From a bacterium (lineage in GTDB: Bacteria > Bacteroidota > Bacteroidia > Flavobacteriales > Schleiferiaceae), in NCBI GenBank assembly GCA_016125155.1, contig WGMI01000030.1, positions 2,079 through 66,078 of the forward strand: a stretch of DNA of 64,000 nucleotides. Direction: 5' to 3'. Positions 46,602 to 56,700 of the stretch are shown here, piece by piece; within the stretch, counting starts at the first letter, position 1, and the number at the start of each line of letters is the position of its first letter. The notes beneath the pieces were generated by a model. That model had not been told where the DNA came from and made no database searches. It saw nothing but the letters and a program-made list of their open reading frames with translations. A program made the position numbers and the translations under genes.

Positions 46602-47716
46602 ACAGCCGCGAATTCGGGTCCAGATTCCCTTGGGGAAGAAGGGGGGCTAAAACGCGACCGCCAGATCCATTGTCCCGTCTCCAATGCGTGATTGAGTTCG
46701 GTTACGATGTTTCGAATCACTCCGGGACCTTCATAGATGAACCCCGTATAAAGCTGCACCAAATCGGCACCTGCTGCCAGTTTTTCAATGACGTCCGAAG
46801 CGGTAAAAATGCCCCCGACGCCCACAATGATCTTTTCGGGGCCAAGGGTATTTCGCAACAACCGCACAGCCTCTGTAGACTTATGGCGCAACGGGGCTCC
46901 GCTCAGTCCACCTGCACCCAACGATTCAATGATGGGTGCGGGGGTCTTTAATCCATTTCGATCGAGGGTCGTATTGGTCGCGATAACGCCGTCCAGGCGG
47001 TATTCGTTGACCAACTCTGCCGCTTCCATCATGGCGGTTTCCGTCAAATCCGGGGCCAATTTGAGCAATATAGGCATGGGGCTTTGGCGGTGGTTCTCCA
47101 ATTGTATGGCTTCGAGAAGTTGGCTCAGTGGTTCTTTGTCCTGCAGGGCCCTCAATCCAGGCGTATTGGGAGAACTGATGTTGATGGTGAAATAGTCGAC
47201 CTTGCCCCGGAGGGCGCGCAGGGCATAACAGTAGTCGTGGGCTGCTTGCTCGTTCGGGGTCGCTTTGTTCTTGCCAATATTGCCCCCCAAAAGAGGCCGA
47301 ACTCCCGGTGCAATGCGCCCGGCCGCTCGATCTACCCCTTCGTTATTGAACCCCATCCGATTGATCAAGGCACGGTCCTCTTTGAGGCGAAACAACCGAG
47401 GCCGGTCATTGCCCGGTTGGGGTTTCGGCGTCAGGGTTCCGATTTCGACATGGCTAAAGCCCAGCGCCCCCAAAGCTTGATAGACGCGGGCGTCTTTGTC
47501 GAATCCGGCCGCCAGCCCAACGGGGTGGGCAAAGTCCATCCCCATGATGCGCTGCCTTAAGCGGGTGTCTGGTGCGACCCGAAACGACCGCTGCAGCAAA
47601 TGCCTCGTCAGAGCGAGTTTTCCCGTCTGTTCCAACAAATAGTAAGCACTGTGATGCACCGACTCTGGATCGAATCGAAACAACAGAGGCGCCAACAACG
47701 AACGGTAGGCATTCAT
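46598..47716 (-). CDS. pyrD: Dihydroorotate dehydrogenase (quinone), class 2
   Basis: N-terminal membrane-association helices (LLFRFDPESVHH), GLAAGFDKDA, NRMGFNN, INISSPNTPGLR, SGAPL, GVGGI. Its stop overlaps the start of the downstream HMG-CoA lyase gene by 4 nt. Confidence 0.9.
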   Translation of the reverse strand: MNAYRSLLAPLLFRFDPESVHHSAYYLLEQTGKLALTRHLLQRSFRVAPDTRLRQRIMGMDFAHPVGLAAGFDKDARVYQALGALGFSHVEIGTLTPKPQPGNDRPRLFRLKEDRALINRMGFNNEGVDRAAGRIAPGVRPLLGGNIGKNKATPNEQAAHDYCYALRALRGKVDYFTINISSPNTPGLRALQDKEPLSQLLEAIQLENHRQSPMPILLKLAPDLTETAMMEAAELVNEYRLDGVIATNTTLDRNGLKTPAPIIESLGAGGLSGAPLRHKSTEAVRLLRNTLGPEKIIVGVGGIFTASDVIEKLAAGADLVQLYTGFIYEGPGVIRNIVTELNHALETGQWIWRSRFSPPSSPRESGPEFAAV

Positions 47717-47789
47717 TCCGGCAAAACTACATCCGCGCAGACGAAGGCCCCCTGCGCGGAATGCAGTGCAAAACGGTTTTTACTTGGGT

Positions 47790-50700
47790 TTATCGAATCA
47801 ATACCCTTCGGGAGGTTCGCGTGGATCCGGACTCGAGTTCCAAGGTGTAGACTCCTGGAGCCAGATGGGACACATCAAGGGCCTGTTCGATTTTGTCCCG
47901 GTTGTCCCATTGACCTTTCATACACGACTTTCCGAGGGCATCATACAACTCCCAACGAACTGCTGAAGCACTCGGACTGATCCAATGCATCCACAGGACG
48001 TCGTCGGCGGGCACAGGGTAGACCTCCACAGATGCCGAACCCGAACCCGGGTCGTCCGTGCCGATCGAGGCCAAGGTCGAAGTGAGCGTATCGGAATCTC
48101 CGCATTGGTTGTACACAATCAGGGTAACCTGCCAGAAAAAGCCCGGTACCGGATAGGTGTGCAGCGGATACCCCGAAGTGAAGTTGGTCCCTCCATCGCC
48201 GAAATACCAAGCATAGCTTGTCGCGCCCAGCGAGGTAGACGCATCGAACTGGACATCCATTCCACCCGGTCCAGACTGCACAACGGTAAATGTCCAAGCG
48301 GCTTTGGGTTTCACACAAACCACGATGGGAACCGAAATCGAATCCCGATAACCGCAGGCATTGACCACGACAAGCGAAACGTCATAATTGCCCGAGACGG
48401 TATAGGTATAATTGGGCTGTGCTACGGTATCTGTACTGCCATCTCCGAAATACCAGAGATAACTCGCGACATCTGGACCTGAAATGTTTCCGTCGAACGC
48501 AAAACTGGTTCCCGAGAAGGTATACGTAAAGTTGGCCGCAATGGTATCGCACACCTGCACGGCCTGGGTAATGCTGTCGGTAAATCCGCACGCATTGGAA
48601 ATGGCCAGAACGACGTTGTAGGTACCCGCATTGGGATAGGCGTAGGTAGGGTTCAACCCGCTGCCCGTGGCCCCGTTGCCATAGTACCAGGTATAAGACG
48701 TCGGAACACCGGTAGAAGGTGTCGCGTCAAACGCGGTGCTCAGGAAAGTGCTGGCATGCGTAAATCCAGCAGCAATCGGAGTACACACATCGACCATTTG
48801 GGTGAGGGTATCGAAACCGCCGCAGGCATTGCTGTTGATCAGGGTAATGGCATACGTTCCTTCTGCCCCAAAAGCAAAGTTGGCCGTGGGTTGGAAACTT
48901 CCGCCCAATCCTCCAAAATCCCAATCGAAGAAAGCTCCGGTCGAAGCGCTTCCATCTACCGAAATGGTCGTTCCCGAAAGCGTGTACGTAAACGAAGCCA
49001 CCGGGGGGGTACAGCTCTGGGTGGTGAAGGAAACCGGCCCCACCCATGTCGAACTATTTCCAGGACCACATTGGGTCTGAACATAGAACTGATACGTTGT
49101 ATTCTGATTCAATCCATTGATGGAGTAAGGACTCGTCACGTTGGGAATCAAAATACCCGTTCCCAACACAAAGCCTGTGGGACCAAACTGAATCGACGAG
49201 GTTCCTCCGGCTCCGGGGGTCCAGGATACCGTAGCGTTGTTCAATCCCGTGCTGACCACCGCCAAAGCCGTCGGGTCCGGGCAAGCCAGTTGGGGACAAT
49301 TGAGGGTGTCGCTATACAGAGCACCGGTGTTGATATTGGCTCCGGGAACCCGCTGATAGAGCAAGCCTCCACTGCCGTCGAACAACTGAATGCCGCATTC
49401 GTTCGACCAAACTCCGGCATTGACAAAACTCAAGGCCACGAAATCTCCATCGCAAAACTGGAGGGGGAAGGTCTGCAGGGTGCCCGCTGCCAGCGTATAG
49501 TTCGTCGGCGCTCCCCCATTTACTGCGATTTGCAATTGATGGAAATTTCCACCGGTACTAATCCAACCGTCTCCGAAATTGTCCGTCAACTGAAGGCTGA
49601 AGGAACAACTTGAAGCACAGTTGAGGGTTGTGGCCGAAATCGGGCCCAGCCAGGTGCTCACATCGCCTGCACCGCAACTGTCTCGGACGTATACATCGTA
49701 GGTCGTTGTGGCCATCAATCCTGAAATCGTGAAGGGATTGCTCGACGCATTCACCAAGGTTCCTGTACCGGGGGCAAATCCTGTCGGACCGTATTCGATC
49801 TGCCAATTCGATGCCCCACCACTCGTCCAACCAACGACGAGCGTAGAGTCCGTGCCTCCCACTAAAGCCAATGCGGTCGGCTCGTTGCACGAAGGGCCAT
49901 CGTGAATCAAAAGGTCGTCGATGGCGATATCGCCAAATTGGGTCGGCGCTGTCCCAGCCACAGAAATGAACCGCACTTTGATCGTCATATTGTCGTAGTC
50001 CGACAAATTCACTACGCGCTCAAACCAGGCATTGCCTTGGTCGCCTACGACGCTGTCGACGGCCAAATCCCATTGGGTTCCGTCAAAAACATCCATCCGG
50101 TATTTGCCAATGGTATTGCCATTCATGCTGACCCATACCCTCAGTTCGGGATACGTCAATGGGGTCAAATCTATGCTCGGCGTTTCGAGGGCGGCGGTAG
50201 CATTGGTCACACTTCCGCTGGATTCCGCATACACATAGTGCCCAGCGGCTGTTCCGAAGGTATGGTCGTTGGTCGGCCCTGTCCCCCCTGTTGGAACCGT
50301 TCCTTGTCCCCCGCCCCAATGGAATCCGGTGGCCGGGGTTCTCGTCCAACAAGGGTTGATGGTGCTTCCGACGTTGTTCGTGCCTGTCCCTTCGTCAAAA
50401 CCCGACTCGAAATTTTCAAAATAGGGCGTAAGCACAGTTCCACAGGCCGTACTGCCTTGAGTGGGGCCCTCCCACTGGGACACGTTTCCGACTCCGCAGC
50501 TGTCTCTCACGTAAAAATCATAGCTCTGAGAAGCACTCAATCCGTTGACCACAAAGGGATTCGATCCGGCGCTGACCAGCGTCCCTGTACCCGGTACAAA
50601 ACCTACAGGACCGTATTCCACCTGCCAGTTGCTCGCCCCCCCTGTGGTCCACGCCAAAGTGACACTGTTGGCCGTAGAAGTGGTAACGCTAAGGTTGGTC

Positions 50701-53700
50701 GGATACAAGCAAGAGGGCCCCTCAGCCAGCGAAAAATCGTCGATGGCAATGTCGCCCAACTGGGTCGGGGTGGTCCCGGTAAAGGCTGTGAGTCGGATTT
50801 TCACCGTTTGACCCACAAAGCCAGCAAGGATCTTTTGATATTCGATCCATTGGTTGCCTTGGTTGCCTACAATCGAATCGTAGCCGTTGGTCCACGTGGT
50901 GCCATTGTAGACATCAATCATCAATTTTCCGAGATTGGCACCATACATATGATACCAAAACATGAGCTCCGGATTGACCAATCCCGTCAGGTTGACGCTG
51001 GGCGACTCGAGCAGAGTGCTTTGACCCGGCGTGGTAAAGCTGGCTTCTGCATACACATAGTTTCCGAATCCGGTGGTGTGGTCAGCGGGAGGGCCCGTAT
51101 TGCCCGTGGGGGTGGTTCCCTGACCTCCGCCCCAGTGGTAGCCGGCGGTATCGCTGCGGAACCAACAAGCGTCAATGGTGCTGCCGAGGTTGTCGTTGCC
51201 CGTTCCCTCGAGGAAGTCCTGATCAAAATTCTCTGCAAAAGGCGCTGTGGCTACCCCACACAACGTTGATCCATTGACCGGACCGGCCCAAGCCGAAACT
51301 ACACCGATGCCACAGCTGTCGCGCACATAGAAATGATAGCTTGCGGATGGACTGAGTCCGGTTACCGTAAATGGATTCGCCGTGGCATTGACAAGCGTAC
51401 CCGTTCCCGGTGCAAAACCGGGAAATCCGTATTCAATTTGCCAGTTGGTCGCACCGCCGGTGGTCCAGCCTACCTGAATAGAAGTAGCGGAAATAGCCGT
51501 CGTTGTAAGTGCAGTCGGCGCGGGACAAGACGGCGCATTCGCTACTCCGATGTCATCGATGGCAATGTCTACTTGGTTGTTGGCACCTGCCAAACGACTG
51601 GCGACAAACCGTATTTGAATCGTGTCTCCAACATAGGACGAAAGTGCTTGGACCGATTCCAGCCAAGGCGCGTTCACAGAGGTCTGTTGTTGCCCGCTCA
51701 GTGTGGTGATATTGTTCCAAGAAGCCCCATTGTCGTTGGAAACTTCAACCGTCAAGGAACCAATTTGCGCCCCGTACATATGGTACCAGAAACGGAGCTC
51801 GGGTGCCGTCAATCCTACCAAACTAATCAGGGGTGAGGTCAACAAGGTGCTCGTGGCCGGGGTGTTCACCGTCTCGGTATAGGCATAGCTGCCGCTGCCC
51901 GTGGTGTGGTCTGAGGACGGCCCGGTATTGTTGGATGGCGTAACCCCTGTATTGCCCTTCCACCAATAGGGAGTTGTTTGGTTCCGATTCCAGCAAGGAT
52001 CGATGGTGCCCGCCCCGAAAGTGGTGCCCAGGGTCCATAAACCATTGTCAAAATTCTCGGTGTACGGCGTCGACACTACAGCACATAGGGTCGTAAAAGA
52101 AATCGGGCCCGTCCAAGTCGACGTATTGCCCACCCCGCAACTGTCGCGCACATAAAATTGATAGGCCGTATTGGGCGCTAGTCCAGTAATCAACTGCGGA
52201 CTCACCGCATTGGCAATCAACGTGCCCGATCCCAATGCGAAGCCCGTTGGACCATATTCAATCTGACTAAACGGGGTTCCCAAGGGGTCCCAAGAAACCG
52301 TGCTGTTGTTGGAGCCAACGCTGACGACTGTAGCATTAATGGGGGGAATGCAACTCAAGTTCTGCCCGCAATCGGCCGAATCGGTGTACAATACCGCAGG
52401 AGGTGTTCCACCGGGACTCAATTGGTAAACCGTTGTCCCAAAGGGATCGACCAGTGTAAGTCCACATTCGTTGACCCAAGCACCGCCATTGAAGAAATTG
52501 AGTTGAATGGGATCGTCTTGACAGAGATAAACCTGATAGCTGATGTTGTTTCCGGCTGGCAGGGTGAAAGGCTGTGGAAGACCTCCATTGACCACCAATT
52601 CTACACGGTGGAAGGCTCCGGTCCCAGACCATCCATCGCCAAAAGTGTCGGTCAGATTTAGGGTAAACAAACAACCGTTCGAACAACTGTAGGTCGTGGC
52701 GACCACCGGACCAATAGCAAAACTGACATCGTTCAGCCCGCAGCTATCGCGCACGTAAAACTCATAAGTCGTGGCCGGGGTCAAACCCGAAACGACCGCG
52801 GAAGTACCTGTGGCAGGAACAAAAGTGCCTGTGCCGGGGGCAAAGCCGGGCGGACCATACTCGATCAAGGCGTTGGGTGATCCGCCGCTGACCCACGCCA
52901 AGGTTACGCTGACATCGGTTTGGGCCGTGATGCTGAGCATCGAGGGGGCTGGGCAAGTCGGAGCATTGTCTACCCGAAAATCATCGATGGCGGCATCGCC
53001 AGTCCCTCCCAGTCGGGTTCCTGTGATCCGGAACTGAACCGTGTCGCCCGAATAGGCTGACAGGGGAACAATGGCTTCGAGCCAAGGTGCGGTAAGAGAC
53101 GCTTGTTGTTGACCGCTCAAGGTCCAAATGCTGATCCAACCAGAGCCATTGTTGGCTTCTACAGATACGGTTCCTGTCAAACCACCGTACATATGATACC
53201 AAAAGCGAAGTTCAGGTGTCGCCAAAGGAACCAAGCTAATCTGAGGGCTGAGCAGTTGGGCTGTAGTACCCGATGCGCCAAAAGTGGATTCCACATAAAC
53301 ATATTGTCCTGTTCCATTGGTATGATCGCCAGAAGGACCCGTGTTAATACTAGGAGTTTGTCCTGTACGGGTTCCCCAGAAGAATACACCGGCCGTTCCA
53401 CTGGGGGCGCCAGGGTTCCTCGACCAACAAGGATTGATGACATCGTTCAAGTTGTTGGTTCCGGTCCCTGTGACCCAATCCGACCCATCGAAGTTTTCAA
53501 AATAGGGCGCAATACTGGGTATACATGTGGTCACCAAGGTAACCGGGCCCACCCATGCACTGCTGCCACCGGTACAACTGTCTTTTACATAAACCTGATA
53601 GGTCGTTCCCGGAGACAGTCCAGACAGGGTTCCAGGGTTGGTCAATATAGGCACTTGAACACCACTGCCGGGGGCGAATCCGGGGGCCCCGTAGGAGAAA

Positions 53701-56700
53701 ACCCACGTAGACGCCCCACCCGTGGTCCATGACAAAACCCCAGAATTGGCGCTGGTCGAAACCACGGTCAACCCAGACGGCTGCGGACAGGCTGGTGCTT
53801 CGAGCAGAGCAACATCGTCGATAGAAACGTCTCCGAATCCCCCCAGCCGGTTGGTTGAAAAACGAATTCGAACGGTATCGTCCACAAAAGCAGCCATGGG
53901 CACTACGGCTTCTAGCCAAGGTGCCGATTCAGTGGTTTGCTGTTGTCCCGTCAGAGACCAAACAGGGGTCCAACCGCTGCCGTTGTCTGCTTCTACGGTT
54001 AAAGTGCCGATGTTGGTGCCGTACATATGGTACCAAAACCGCAATTCGGGCACATTGAGGGGCCCTAAATCAATTTGTGGACTCGTGATGGTTGCTGTCG
54101 TTCCCGCTGCGTTGGTCGCCTCGGTAAAGATGTACTTGCCTTGATTGGTTCCCAAGGTATGGTCAACCGCAGGGCCCGTATTAAAGCTTTGAGTGATTCC
54201 CAAAGCTGTTCCCCAAAAAAACGAGGAGGGAAAACCCGTTTGGGTTCCAGGACTCCGGGTCCAACAAGGATCGATGGCGTCGTTTTGGTTGTTCCCGCCC
54301 GTTCCCGCCGTCCACAGGTTACCGTCGAAATTCTGGTTGTACGGCGCGGCAAAAGGAAGACAGGTCGTGGTGAACAACACGGGACCCGTCCACTGACTGA
54401 CATCGCCTGGGGCACAACTGTCTCGAACCCAGGCTTCGTAGGCCGTATTGGGAGTCAATCCTGTCAGCGTAAAGGGGTTGACAGATGCCGAAACGACTGC
54501 ACCTCCTCCGGCACCCACTCCCGGGGCCCCGAAGGACACATTCCACTGGGTGGCTCCACCTGTGGTCCAACCCAGGGTAGCAGCCGTCGATCCAACGGAC
54601 ACAGCGCTGAAGGCCGTTGGTGAGAAACAAGTCGGGGCGCTGTCGACGCGAAAATCGTCCACTGCCCCATCTCCTTGACCCCCATTGCGCACCCCTCTAA
54701 AGCGAAACTGAACGGTATCGCCGGCATAGGCCGTAAGCGCCACGATGGCTTCCAACCATGGCGCACCTGCGCTCGTTTGCTGTTGGCCCGCCAACGACCA
54801 CAGATTGGTCCAACCCGATCCGTTGTTGATGGCGAGCTCCATTGTGCCCATAGAAAACCCGTACATATGGTACCAGAAACGAACCTCCGGTTGGGTCAAA
54901 CTGCCCAGATCGATCAAAGGACTCAGGATTTCTGCAGTGGCCCCGACTGTTCCAAATGTGGATTCGAGATAGATGTATTTACCCGCCGTGGTGGCCGTGG
55001 TATGGTCTACCGAGGGACCCGTGTTGAAGGTCCCGGGAGCTCCTGCTTTGGTTCCCCAGAAAAAGGCCCCCGCAAAACCGCTTTGAGCTCCAGGCGTTCT
55101 CCGCCAACAAGGGTCAATCGCATCGCCGGCATTGTTTGTTCCGGTACCTGATACCCAGACTGAAGAGGTAAAAGGTTCAAAATAAGGAACGGAAACGGGA
55201 AGGCAATTGGTTCTAAATGAAATGGGACCAACCCAAACACTGACATCGCCCACACCGCAACTGTCGCGCACATATACCTGATAATCGGTATTGGGCGTCA
55301 AACCCGGCAAAACAAAGGGATGCGTCGTGGCTGTTACCACCGTGCCCGCCCCCAAGGCGAACCCCGGGGGGCCGTATTGCACGTTCCAAAAGTTGGCAAC
55401 TCCGGGCGTCCAATCCAAATTGGCATCGACGGCCCCCACGCTCAGAGCGCTGAAATTGTTGGGCTGAGGGCAGGTTGGAGCCTCCTGCAAGCTGATGTCG
55501 TCGATTCCGATATCGCCGAATCCGCCCAATCGGGTGGTGCTGAACCGAACCCGAACGGTATCGTCGGCAAAAGTGGGCAAAGGCACAATCGCTTCAAGCC
55601 ATGGAGCAGCCTCAGAGGTCTGTTGTGCCCCGGTCAAACTCCATACATTTTGCCATCCGGCGCCCCCATTGACTTCCACATTCAAAGTGCCGATGTTCGT
55701 CCCGTACATATGGTACCAAAACCGCAATTCGGGAACATTGAGTGGAACGAGGTCCACGGGAATGGTCACAAAATTGGCTGAGTTGCCGACCTGACCCAAA
55801 CTCGACTCTACGTAGAGATATTTGCCTGTTCCCGTGGTGTGGTCTGCACTAGGACCGGTATTAAACGTATTGGTGGTTGCGCTCTGGATCCCCCAGAAAT
55901 AACTACCCGTAAATCCACCGGCCGGATTGCCTCCAGGATTGCGCGTATAACAAGCATCGATCGCATCTCCCCCATTGCTGAACCCCGAACCCGAAACCCA
56001 TGAAGTTCCCGAGAAATTCTGTACAAATGGCGCGAGCACGGGCAAACAAGTCGTACGGAAACCCACAGCATTCGTCCAAATGCTTACATCGCCTGGGGCA
56101 CAACTGTCCCGAACAATAAAAGAATATTGTGTATTGGGATTGAGTCCAGTGAGTAAAAAAGGATTGCTCGGAACATTCAGCAGGGTTCCCGTTCCCGGGG
56201 TAAAACCGGGTGCACCGTATTCAATTTGCCATTGAGAGGCTCCCCCGCTCGTCCAAGTCAATGTAGCCGAAGTCGGCCCGATGTTGAGTACCTGGGGCGC
56301 GCTCGGAAACAGGCAGGTAGGAGGCGGAATATGGGTCACGGTGACCGACCAGTTGTTGTCGAGTTTGTTGATGGAGGTCGTACACCCTCCCGCAGTATTA
56401 AAGGTTCGGAAGGGGTGTAAGTAGAACTTGAGGACCCCCGTGGCGCTGACTCCGTTTGCCACCGTCAAACCCGTTCTTGAATAAGTCATGGTACCTGCGG
56501 AATTGCCAACTCCTGCGGTTACCGATGCTTCCTTTTGACCTGTGGTGACACATTCCAGATAGCTGCGTTGTTCCGACATCCACCCGGCACCCCCGGCCGT
56601 CATCGCGTAATTGACCGAAACGCTGGTCACAACATTGCCCGCGGGTATGGTTACCGAAAGTGTGTCCCCGCAACTGCTCTCCAAGGAGGTTGAGATGGCA

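Larger units (their letters stand above)
49011..56315 (-). repeat. Array of FN3-like/MAM-like modules (protein-level repeats, diverged at the DNA level)
   Basis: I counted ten FN3-like units (each starting C[PLFIN].P) and seven MAM-like units (each with [RM][FV]W[YV][HS]M[YN]G) in the translated ORF. The period is about 1 kb where FN3 and MAM alternate. Confidence 0.8.

Noticed and set aside
49011-56315. Periodic DNA in the giant gene, or the 30-bp duplication at 16323, as a CRISPR array
   Set aside because: The ~1-kb periodicity is protein-domain repetition inside one open reading frame. The 30-bp repeat has only two copies and no spacer. No CRISPR-like repeat-spacer structure was seen anywhere.
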